A stretch of DNA of 64,000 nt from assembly GCF_006345805.1 (NCBI RefSeq), contig NC_042997.1, forward strand, positions 153,760,001-153,824,000, in the 5' to 3' direction. Position numbers and translations under genes: made by a program. Of this stretch, positions 11,596-23,268 are shown piece after piece. Origin of the DNA: Octopus sinensis. Its lineage: Eukaryota. The notes under the pieces are model-generated. The model was not told where the DNA came from, made no database searches, and was given only the letters and a program-made list of their open reading frames with translations. The number at the start of each line of letters is the position of its first letter. The first letter of the stretch is position 1.

Positions 11596-11939
11596 AAGTA
11601 ACTCTAGATAATCCATGTCTCAACACTTTAGCATTCAGATCATTTTATCAAATGTAATGTTTATTTATTCACATTGTTTTGAATAATCATGCATTATCTT
11701 GTAGCTTTGAGATTTCATCGATGTAATTATTTTTAGAATGACATTGTAGGGTAGGTGCAAGAGGTTGGATCTAGCCAATTTGAACATAAAAGTAGTAAGA
11801 TAATTGGGTTGGATATGGCCAGTTTATTTGCTAGAGAGTTAATAAAAGGGGAGATGATCATGACTGGAACAATTCTGCCAGTTCACTTGCTCATGAAGTG
11901 AGAAAAAGCACAGTATCAGTTCATTCAATTTTAACAGAG

Positions 11940-12165
11940 GATTTGTGCATTTATAGAGTGTCAATGAAATTTGTCCCCGAGGTGCTGGCGGAACAGCAGA
12001 AACAACATCAGCATGGAAATTGCTCAGGACATGCTGAACCATGACCCAGAGTAGTTGTGAGTAGTTACTTTTGGTCACATGGGTTTATGATCTCTGCTAA
12101 ATGTGTTCAGTCATCTAGTGTGTAAACGAAAATCTGATGAGTGCACACTACATGTCTGTACTGTA
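11940..12165 (+). mobile_element. Mariner transposase fragment
   Basis: Translates KFVPEVLA...EIAQDML. Shares sequence with the 52190-52856 relic. Confidence 0.5.
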
Positions 12166-12319
12166 GGCATAACAGCCAGAAACTTTTGTTTCATGTCTTC
12201 TATGAAAACAAGTCTGGCCATGAGAAAACATTACTTTCTTCAGAATAAGTGAGGGTTGGCAGCTGGAAGGGCATTTGGCTGTAGAAAATCTATATTAACA
12301 ATTCCATTTGTTCCAAGAA

Positions 12320-12500
12320 ATTTTTGGGGAGAGGGGTAGGGCAGTTGATTACATCGACCGCAGCACACAACTGGTACTTAATTTATTGACCCCAAAAGAA
12401 TGAAAAGCAAAGTTGGTCTCAGCAAAATTTGAACTCAGAACGTAAAGACGGATGAAATACCGCTAAGCATGCTAACGTTTCTGCCAGCTCGCTGTCTTTA
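12320..12500 (-). mobile_element. SINE family B (Deu/Nin-like central domain)
   Basis: Reverse of ctttcatcctttcggggtcgataaattaagtaccag. Further minus copies at ~1862-1985, 27425-28060 and 37940-38305. Confidence 0.7.
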
Positions 12501-12679
12501 AACATAGGTAAAATAGACATAGAAATGATGATAATTTTTAATGGGTTTGAAAGGCTATAATACTGAACTAAATTATTTGACATTGCATATGCAAGTAAAT
12601 AGAAGTCCTACCTCTTCATTGCTATTGCGCCTATTAACTCTTACTGAACATCAGCCCACCACCCTGTTATATATTTTAT

Positions 12680-13185
12680 AGTTGGCGTTAGGAAGGGCAT
12701 CCAGCTGTAGAAACACTGCCAGATCAGACTGGGCCTGGTGCAGTCTTCTGGCTTCCCAGACCCCAGTTGAACCATCCAACCCATGCTAGCATGGAAAACG
12801 GGCGTTAAATGATGCTGATGATGATTGCTCCGGCCCTCCTATAAGGAGCAGCCATGTAGCTCTCCTACAGCAACAAACATGTTCTATGCTGGCCCCTTCT
12901 CACATACCTTGACTGTTTATCTCCTAGTATAAAGGCATCTATCTCTACCACTCACTTGAAAGGGAGTTTTGTGAGCCACTTGGCAATCCCTCTAGTGCTG
13001 GGAGCATGAAAAAAGCACTCAGTACATTCTGTAAAGTAGTTGACATTAGGTAGGGCATCCAGCTATAGAAACCATGCTAAAGGAGACACTAGGCATGATG
13101 CAGTCCTCGGATCTATCAGATCCTCTCACACTGCCCACCTCATGCCAACATGAAAAATGGACATTAGATGTTGATGATGATGATT
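12680..13185 (+). mobile_element. Two SINE family C 3' parts
   Basis: Family core plus (GAT)n tails at ~12825 and ~13185. Confidence 0.7.
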
Positions 13186-13811
13186 TGCAAGAAAGGAACA
13201 GGGCTAATCTCTTCAAGAATATACAATTCTTATATTCTGTTGAGATTTTATTTATTTATTTATTTATTTATTTATATACAGAATTTTAAACATTAACATG
13301 CTGGTTATTTTGGGGTTTAGGAAAAATGGCTATCATCTTTCTTGTAGATAATCAGTAGGCCTCTAACATTAATTAATGATGACAAAATAATTCTACGTTT
13401 GATTAATGAAGCCAATATCAATATACTTTTACTGGTTTCACTCATTTGACTGCAGCTATGCTGGACTATCACCTTCAACACTTTTAGCAAAATCTATGTA
13501 TTGAAAGGCTGTTACAGATTTTACATAAAGGAACACAACTTAACATACTGGTTAGCATAAACTCAGCCATAAGCTTAGTAAAAGAGCCTGTATGTGGTCA
13601 CTCCAGCTAGAAATAGCAACCAAATTAGTCTCAAATCACATGGTATTAGCTTAAATAATAAAAGGACATATTTAATAATTTATTCTTCAATAATCCCCAC
13701 CAAAAATGCAGGATGGCCATGGCTGAAACAAAATTAATTACAATTCTGTTTGATCAAAACTAAACAGCAACAACAGAAGTACACACAAATATGGACTTGA
13801 TTATACATATA

Positions 13812-14040
13812 TAATAATAACAAACTTATTGTACACAGTGTTCAGGTGCACTACAACTCATTAGGAAAAGTAACCAAAACTGCAAAACAAGGGTGGGAGG
13901 CATCAGGTGTACTGCTGGGTAATTTCAGGAAGCATGGAAGTTTTGAAGGATGTAATATCTAGACAGATATCTGATGCAGGTATTTTATTCTATGCTTCAG
14001 CAATTCTGAGGGTGAAAAAATGTTTCCAAAATTCATGTGT
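13812..14040 (-). mobile_element. CR1/L2-clade LINE 3' end fragment
   Basis: Minus strand translates HEFWKHFFTLRIAEA*NKIPAS, resembling the 'FF..RV...WN.LP' C-terminal motif, followed by a (TTA)n tail. Confidence 0.6.
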
Positions 14041-14257
14041 AGTTTCCATCAGCATTAGTTAATTTGAGGCTTCAGGAGAAGAAACTTGTTCAAGAACCAT
14101 GTGGCTGCAAAGTAAATCTCTTTACCACACAACCACATAGCCATACTTGCATCTAAAATAGAAGAATGAGTTTCTGTAATAACTTTAGTGATTTCCATTG
14201 CTAACCATTAGTAGATGAGATAAAAAGAGAAACACAGGAACATACAAATATATATAT

Positions 14258-14750
14258 ATCATCATCATCATCATTTAATATCCATTGTGCATGCTGGCAT
14301 AGGATGGATGGTTTGACCAGGGCTGGTAAGCTGAGGGGTTGCACCAAACTCCAGTCTGATTTGGCATGGTTTCTACAGCTGGATGCCCTTCCTAACACCA
14401 ACCACTCTGAAAGTGTAATGGGTGCTTTTATGTGCCACAACAATGATTTCACTTGGTTTGATGGGTTTTCTTCTCCAGATTGGCATATTGCCAAGGGTCT
14501 CGGTCATTTGTCATAAGGTGCTTTATATGTGTCACTGGTATGGGTGCTATTTACGCAACACTGGTACCTTTTACATGCCACCAGCATGGGCACTAGTTAC
14601 ATGACACCAGCATGGGCACTAGTTACATGACACCAGCATTAGCCATGACTACAATTTCATTTTGGCTTGACAGGTCTTCATAAGCATGGCATATTGCCAA
14701 AGGTCTCGGTCACTGGTCATTGCCTCCATGAGGCCCAACGCTTGAAGATT
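14258..14750 (-). mobile_element. SINE family C with internal 26-bp tandem duplication (~14580-14640)
   Basis: (ATC)n tail, reverse family core, caccagcatgggcactagttacatga x2. Confidence 0.7.
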
Positions 14751-14775
14751 ACGCTTATATACATACATACATATA

Positions 14776-15088
14776 TCACCGTGATCACCATGACCAACCA
14801 GGCTATTATATGTTGCTACACATCGCTGGTCACAATGCGCTTCGTATTGTTTTAGCCTTCAAATGATGCCACCCTGCTGGCTAAGTGAGCAGGCCAACAG
14901 AAGAAAGAGTGAGAGAAAGTTGTAGCGAAAAGAGTACAGCAGGGATCGCAACCAGCCCCTGCCAGAGCCTCATGGAGCTTTAGGTGTTTTCGCTCAATAA
15001 ACACTCACAATGCTTGGTCTAGGAATCGAAACCGTGATCCTACAACTGTGAGTCTGCTGCCCTAACCACTGGGCCATTGCACCTCCAC
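14776..15088 (-). mobile_element. tRNA-head SINE (D-type head, different body)
   Basis: Minus strand gtggaggtgcaatggcccagtggttagggcag...ggtttcgattcc (A and B boxes). Confidence 0.65.
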
Positions 15089-17541
15089 ATATATATATAT
15101 GAAATGCTAAAAACAAAACTGAAGCAGAACAGTGTTTTCACAGATAGAAGTTCTGAACTTTATTAAAATAGTATAATAAAATAAAGGTAGTAATAAGTAG
15201 GCTTATGAATGAAGAAGATGAGTTTAATTGCAGTTTTTGAAGCATGACTAATATTGTTGATCCAAATGTGATATGGAACTAAGTACACTGTTGAAACACA
15301 AGTATTTCATTAAAGTTTGTGAAGCTTTGTAAGGAAACAATATATCTGATCATGAAAGCTTTATCTATCTAGGCTTTCCCACCTTACGCATAATCACATC
15401 AAATTATATTTTTCTTGCTCAAAGCATCTGTAATAGAAGTTTTAGAATTATCTCTTTGTTTTTTTTTTCCAAAAATCTTAGAATTATAAAATCTAACACA
15501 ATTTTGAACGGGGGAAAAAAAATTAGCTTTTATAAAAGTTAGGTATTTACAAGGAAATATTCTAAAAAAGTTATTTGAAAATCTAATTTTTAAAAATATT
15601 ACAATAGTACAACCAAATCAATATTTCCTCCAATTTAAGGAAATCTGGCAAGCTGGCAACAATAAAATTATATATGAATTTTAAAATGATTTTTGTATTT
15701 TAATATATTTCTTTCATTCAATTTAACACATGAAGGAGTTATGCCATAGTTTGTCAAATACAAACAGAAAATCCAGTTTGTATGCATTAGTCTGCTAATG
15801 CATCAAAATGTAAAACTCATGGTATGTAATTATGTATTTCAATACCAAATATATAAATATAATGGAAACTGATGCTCAGAAATAAAGAATGTCATTATCA
15901 AATATTAAGTTGTTAGACACTTTTTATGTAAAATATATTTTATAATAGGTTTAATGTAAGCTTAACATTACCAAACATAGTAAAGTTTAATGAAAATTAA
16001 ATAATTGAGAGATGCTATCTGTATGAAAAACAATAGGTAAGCAAGTGTTTCATATTTATTTAATTAACAGAGCATTAAAAAGCCAATGTACATGCCACAG
16101 TAAGTGTAATCCCGAGCCAAGTTACCTGTGCACAGTTTTTTTTTAACAACTACCATGAATTAGACAAACTTTTATATGGTAAATTAAAAAGTTTTAATAT
16201 TCATATCTATTTTGTTCAGTTTGAGCTCTGATCATTATTAGGCATCTTATTCATGGATGTGTACATAGAGCTGGATTACATTTGAACTCAGAACCCTTGC
16301 TGATTTCTAGGCTCAGAATAATAGTGACCTTATTTACTAAGCCACTGATGCATGTACATACAGATCAGAGCATCAAAACATTTTTCTTCTCAATTTTAAA
16401 TATGATATTAATAGTCAGAAAAATTTTAATTCTGTTAACAGTAGTAACTTCAGCAATTTGACTTTTAAATATCAGTTTTAGCAATAACCAGGTTTGGTAT
16501 TAACATTTGTGACATGCAATGTCAGCTGTTTAGAACCTTCAATGACCTCAAATTTAATTTCTCTTTCTTTGAAATTTTCTCCAACTAACACCATTTTATT
16601 GTAGTGTACAATTGTGAATAAAAATAAAAATAAAATTTAAAAATAAAAGCTGGAACACACCTATATGTGAAGTAGCAATTAACATTTTATCATCTTTTTT
16701 ACAATATAAAATTTATAATACTATTAGTATTTTTTTTTTTGAGTGGAAAAACAAAACAAAATGCAAAGCTTTTAAATCTGCAATAATTGTAAGAATTTAA
16801 CATCAAAACATATTTCATGTTATTTAAACATTCTCAGCATTTTAAATTACATTAATGATTGTCATTCAACACAAATTGGCTTTGTTTCATTTATGCAGTT
16901 ATAAATACTACAGAAATGGTATGACATAGAAACTCTATTGAAGGTAACTTGATATCACTTCAGGCTGAGGATAATTCAATATTTTGTTGCACTGCACCTT
17001 CACTTGTGTAGCACAATTGTTTGTTAAAAGGATGTGGAAGTTGTTCTCTGGCAAAGGTCTGTCACCAGATACATGGGCCTGACCTTATGACTAATGGCTC
17101 AGGATGTTGACCTATGTGCTGGTAGGCCCACCAGTGATAACTGACTTTCAGACTTGATGCTTACAAAGAGCAATGTAGAGGTTACCATAAGTTGTGACTT
17201 CTTCTTCTCAATCTCTCATGAATGTCAGAAGTGTTACCCTTAGGTCAAAATAAAATATATATATATAAAAAAAAAACAACCTTTTCTTTTCCTCATCCTG
17301 GAAGCATATTTTCCAATACTCTAGAAATAAAACTACCACTTCATAGCAATGGCTCCAGTTGCTCATCATTCAATTTGGAGACACCTAACAACAATGGATT
17401 GAATCTTGCAAGCTATCATAAAGATAAAACACAAGATTAAACACATTATTTTCTCCAGTTGTTTATAGATGATCAAATGGATAACTGTTTGACTGGTTTA
17501 ATAGTTCATGTTTGTTACTCCTATCATATTTGTGTAATGTA

Positions 17542-18543
17542 CGAGATGCTATTAGAATGGTTCTGCACTGCACATGCTGTGTGTATACAGTTCAATGGAG
17601 TTGTGTGCATAACTGATGATCATAGGTAGCCAGCCTACAAAACAGGCTTCATGCTACCCACCTTATATTCAGTTATTACGTTAGGCTTTATAACATTGTG
17701 TTGGAATGATGAGGCAATTTTTACAATGACTGACAAATTAGTAAAAAGATTTTGTTTCGTGCTAAATAAAAACTGCATAGAATTTGGTAAATCTGATATC
17801 AAAACCTCTGATATGCTTCACCAAGATTTTGCTGAACATTCTTTAAGTCAAGCAAAAACTTTTGAATGGCACCTGTGTTTCAAGACTAGTTGGTTGTTAG
17901 TTTAAGATAACGGTTGTTCAGGACAACCAATCCCTAGAAACTATGGAACAATTTTGTGAACTCGTCCAATGACAATCACTACAAAACAAACTGTCAACTC
18001 TATAACTGGAATCATTTACAAAGTTTGTTAAAAATTTTTCTTGGAAAATATGAACATGCATTGCATGTCTACAAAGTTTGTTGCTAGTTTCTCACAAAAG
18101 TAATACTGTTTTTGTATGTGCATCATTAGTCTTCTGAAATATTCTTGATGTTTTACCAGTGATAGGTCACTCTGCTCATTGTCTTGATCTAACCCAACAG
18201 TCAACTGTCTCAAGACACACACAACACTCAAAAACTAGTGTTTAATTAAACGAACGTTCGTTAAAGGCTCAAGAAAGCATTTTGAAGGTCTTGATAGCAG
18301 ATTTGCCGAGCTTCACGCAAAATTTGATGCAGTCATACTGCTTAAATTTGTCAGGCATTGTGAGAATCATAGAGCTGCTGTTCTAATACGATGTTGCAAA
18401 ACTTAATGTAATAATTGAACACATAAACAGCATGAAGCTAATTTGTGACTGAAGGTTGGCAACTAAGGATGATCAACTGCACAAGCATTTTGGGTGAAAA
18501 CAATTCCATGACGTGCAGTCCAGAACTTTCTGATAACACATTG
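17542..18543. mobile_element. Mariner derivative made of two inverted 5' halves
   Basis: TA-flanked TIRs (cgagatgctattagaatggttctgcactgcac / gtgcagtccagaactttctgataacacattg). N-terminal transposase on + (CIEFGKSDIKTSDMLHQDFAEHSLSQAKTFEW) and on - (CIKFCVKLGKSAIKTFKML). Confidence 0.75.
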
Positions 18544-19144
18544 TACATACAGGTGATTATATCTTTTTTTGTCTCCTGTTCATTGAGCTAATTAGCTGTA
18601 TAGCTTCTAGGTCATTATCTTACTTCCTGGTTACTACAATCTTTTCTATCCCAAACTGTAATCCTCTGGACTTCCTCCTTGCAGATGTGAAAGCTGAACA
18701 TTGACCTCACTAATCCAGAAAATCCTGCAAAGATCATGTTTTTCATCTGACAAACTTATAAATAACAGGACATTCAGTATAATAGAATTTACTTAAAAGG
18801 TTTAGTCAGAGGAGGAAGGGCGAAGCTATAATTTCTTCTCTGCTTCTGAGAATGGTGGGGAGAAAGAGAAAAAAACCGTGATTCATGGGTTGCAGTGCAT
18901 CAAGATGATATTGAATTATTCTCAGAATGAAGACCTGGTCAGAATGCTTGTGAAAATACTCAATGACTAGGTGGTGGTGTTAAACAGGATGGGTGACAAA
19001 TTAGCAACTAATCAAATAAAATTTAAGTCCACAGTTCTTAAAATGTAAACAAATTTCTCATTAACTAAATGAAATTTAATTAATGAATTTCAATTGAACA
19101 CTTAAATCATATAATTTTTTTTATTATGTATATATTTATATATA

Positions 19145-19366
19145 CAAGGGGGGGGGGGGCTGAAAATTTCCTGGCTTTGGATAAAAGAAATTACAGAAGG
19201 ATCAGTTAATTATGATTTTATTCAAAATATTTCCCTCTCAGATTCACACACTTATTGCAATAATCCTTCAGCTTTTGTAAGCCCTGTAAAAAAAACTCAG
19301 AAGGTTGGACCTCCAACCAGGCCTTTTGTAATCTCCTTAAAGCCAAGAACTTTTCAACACCCCTTC
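19145..19366 (+). mobile_element. ~220-bp mariner-type MITE
   Basis: TIR gctgaaaa(g)ttcctggcttt / aaagccargaacttttca. Same family at 51425, 58239 and 63849. Confidence 0.8.
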
Positions 19367-19696
19367 ATTTATAGAAATACACACCTATATAGTATAAATA
19401 TGTCACCCACAAATAAATTTCATGTGTAGGGTAAACAGGAATTACATTTCTGGATCAGTTTTGTTTAAATTGTACATATCTGTGAATGTGTAACAGACTA
19501 AAAGGCCAACCAGACAAAATTTTGGCCCCGTTTATAAAACTCCACATGTTTCTAGTACAAAATGATATTAAACACTTTTATGTTTTTGAACAAGATAGAC
19601 AAAACCATATATATATATAATATATAATCATACTTGGGTGACATTTATATATATATATATGTATACACACACACACACACAGTCATACATGTTATA

Positions 19697-20665
19697 CAAG
19701 ATAGTGCCAAAGTGATCATCTGTATTTGTATGTTACACATTTTTAATTATCTCACTGAAGATATGAAATAAAACACTTAACAGCAGTCACTTAACCTACA
19801 ATGTAAAAAGAAATAAAGAAAAAGCCAAATATCCTTTAGATAACATTCTATCATCTTAAGAATCTTGGGCTGCCTCCAACCACAAAAAATATAACACCAG
19901 AAAATCATGACTGGAATGCTTCATTATCATTGGTCTGCTGAACCCGGGATAAACAACAAAATAACAATTAACATTTTGATATGGCACTGTAGTTGCAAAG
20001 GTCATTAATTTATGTTCAAAATAGAGATAATTAACAAAGTACTATAACAGTAATTAAAGCATTTTGATCCAAAAGATACTGGAATTTCAATTCTCAAAAT
20101 TGGGTGTTCATAGGTTGAAAAAAAAAAAAAGCAGCTACAAATGGTACACCTCTTTAGAAATCATTTAATGTATTTCTTATTCAATGAGCTAATACTTTAT
20201 CACTTCAGATTACTGCTTGTGAGATTATCCCAAAGAAAATACAAGTGTATATATATATATATATATATATATATTAGCAACAGAGGCAGTACTTATACCA
20301 AGAGGTAATATTTATCTCTACTTAAATGTGGATGTTCTATTAGAACAAACTACACTGCAGTAGTTAGCATGAGAGAAACTCTTATATTGGCTTTATATAT
20401 ATATGCGTATAATAAGGGATGACCACTAAGTGGACATCCAATATGCTAGAAGAAGATCACCTACGATCTAACCACAAAGAAAATAATGTTCTCTAGAGAT
20501 ATTCAGCAATTTTCAATCTCTATATTGGATGTCCACTTAGTGGTCATCCCTTATTATATGCATGTATTACAATTTATCTGAATTTTCAGATTTTTCTATA
20601 TGCTAGGCTACAGGTTTTAGATTGATGTTAATTAAATTAATATTCAATTTATCACCCTCATTATT

Positions 20666-20728
<63 letters not shown>

Positions 20729-21154
20729 TAAGGGGTGACAAGTTCAAAAGAAGTTATGTCTAGCCACTTACAATAAAGAACTCAAAGATAAGTCTGAGAG
20801 TAGACAAAATATTTAATCCATAATTGACAGTGTGACAAAACAAATTTTGTTTCGCTTGCGGCTCTTCGATTATGGATTGAATATTAAAGTTTGCATGGCT
20901 TTGGAGTTAAAAACTGGCATTATCTAAGAAATTAAGGATTTACCATCAAGACTGAATGAAGATGATGGAAAATGCCATTGAAATATTTCAGTCAAATTTG
21001 TGGATGTGAAGCAGGTGATTCTTCTCGACATATTATTTTGATTAAAGTAATTAAAATCTCTCCATGTATTGTCATTATTATTCTATATTTTGTGCATTTC
21101 TCATATTCTAAAAACCACCTCCACAAATGAAATAATTACTTTTGCACCATCTTG
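19697..21154. mobile_element. Tc1/mariner-type TIR element with nested insertions
   Basis: TA-flanked TIRs caagatagtgccaaagtgat / attacttttgcaccatcttg. Confidence 0.55.
20403..20668. mobile_element. (TA)n-embedded foldback element
   Basis: ~42-bp inverted arms (20403-20444 / 20522-20563), then an AT-rich tail ending tcaccctc. (TA)n on both sides. Confidence 0.6.
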
Positions 21155-22189
21155 TACATGAACTAAGAAAGCCATTCTGTACTGCCAAATGCTTTTAGTT
21201 CCACATGTACCCATGGCAAACACATTCTTCAAATTATAGTAGCCACATTAACACATAGAACTAAACAATATGAAACTGGCAGAACAGAATAGATAACCAA
21301 GTTCTTACATGCACACACACCCAAAATGATGGTGAATGTCATAAATATCCAATGCAGTGTTGCAGTACTTCATACACTGTATCTTCTAAAGCAAGTTGGT
21401 ATTGTAAGGCTTTTCCATCTCCATGGTACATTGATAACAGGTCTTGAATTCATTATAGCAAGCTAACAAAACACTTGTTAAGTATACAGTGCTCACATTG
21501 TTTAACATGGTAGGTTATGCCTCCTCATGGCACTTGTTTACAGCTTCATGGTAGCTCTGCTTTTTTGAAAAACAAAAACCCACACACCAATATGTGTGTG
21601 TGTATGAAGTGTGAGTTTGTGTGTGTGTGTATATGAGTAAAAACACATACACACACATATTGTACAATTCAGTGTCTCACAAATATCATTGTTCACAAAA
21701 CATTATGTAAATATCAATATTAGTGAAATTATGAATAGTTGCAAAGAATAATCCCAGTGCTACAAATATTTATTCTCTACATCCATATTCATCTTGGTTT
21801 CTAAACTCAAATGTGTAAACAAACACACACACACATATATATATGAATGTGTCTATGTATAATGTCTGCATGTATAAATATATGTATGTACATATATATA
21901 TATGTGTGTATGTACACACTAATATGCATTCATTGCTGTGCTGAGACTGCTCAGAGTTTTTTGAATACCTATCACTATTGATATAATTCTATGTGAACAG
22001 TGATACATATTTACAAAACTCTGCACAGCAAGAGATAGTAGTCTCAGCACTGCAACAAATATTTATGCTCTACTTCTGTATTGAGTACTTTCCCCTCTTA
22101 TTTATTAAACATAATCAGTATCAAATAAATATGTGCGTGTGTGTGTATACATATTGTGGAAAGCTGGCAGAATCATTAGCAAACTTTTT

Positions 22190-22596
22190 TTTTTTACTCT
22201 TTTTTATTTGTCTCAGTCATTTGACTGTGGCCATGCTGGAGCACTGCCTTTAGTCGAGCAAATCGACCCCAGGACTTATTCTTTGTAAGCCTAGTACTTA
22301 TTCTATCGGTCTCTTTTGCTGAACCGATAAGTTACGGGGACGTAAACACACCAGCATCGGTTGTCAAGCGATGTTGGGGGGACAAACACAGACACACAAA
22401 CATATACACATACATACATACATACATATATACAACGGGCTTCTTTCAGTTTCCGTCTACCAAATCCACTCACAAGGCTTTGGTCTGCCCGAGGCTATAG
22501 TAGAAGACACTTGCCCAAGGTGCCACGCAGTGGGACTGAACCTGGAACCATGTGGTTCGTAAGCAAGCTACTTACCACACAGCCACTCCTACGCCT
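22190..22596 (-). mobile_element. SINE family A, full length, inserted into a family B SINE
   Basis: B head gctggcagaatcattagca at ~22163 resumes at ~22597 (ggtcaaaatgcttag...). Confidence 0.85.
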
Positions 22597-22914
22597 GGTC
22601 AAAATGCTTAGAGGTATTTTGTCTGACCTTATGTTCTGAGTTCATATTCTGCCGAGGTTGACAAAATAAGTACCAGTTCAGCACTGGGATCAATGTAATT
22701 GACTTAACTACTCCTGGGTAAGAGTATAAAAAACTGCACTCCACTACCAAGCCACGATGAGCCAGTGCAGCAGAGCAGGCTCATTAAACCAATATGATCT
22801 CAAGCCCAAAATTCATGGCCTCACATCAGACCGCAGTTAGTGGTGAGAAAATGCTGAGGCCTTTGTCCTGCAGTGGACTGAACATAGGCAATCCGATCCA
22901 ATATATATATATAT

Positions 22915-23268
22915 GTGGGTGAAGCAGTTTGATAAGAGGAGGACTGAGGACTTGATGGGGATGCTGGAGTTAGAGGAATCGGTGGAATGGCTGGCAAGGG
23001 CAAATGGAGTTCAGTGGTATGGGTATGTGTTGAAGAGAGTATTTGTGTTTGAGGTAAAGGGACTGCGAAAGTGAGGTAGACCAAGGAAAAAGTGGAGGGG
23101 ACAGGTGGAGGAAGAGATTGGGAGGGTTGGCTTGAGAATGGAGGACGCCCAAAACTGGGCAAGATGGCGAGATGATGTGAGGGCAGTTGCTATGGCATTA
23201 AGGTAGATTCAGCCACCCTGTTAACGGGGACAAAACCCAGATTTAAAACACTGGATGATGATGATGAT
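22915..23268 (+). mobile_element. RTE-clade LINE 3' end
   Basis: Translates QWYGYVLKR...GRPRKKWRGQVEEE...WARWR (RTE C-terminal motif), then a short 3' UTR and (GAT)n tail. Confidence 0.8.

Noticed and set aside
17190-17386. Two small minus-strand coding exons
   Set aside because: The implied intron is only ~40 bp, the splice sites are weak, and no convincing reading frame emerges.
22361-22639. Recurrent short ORFs such as RASFSFRLPNPLTRLWSARGYSRRHLPKVPRSGTEPGTMW
   Set aside because: Antisense translations of SINE family A, not a gene family.
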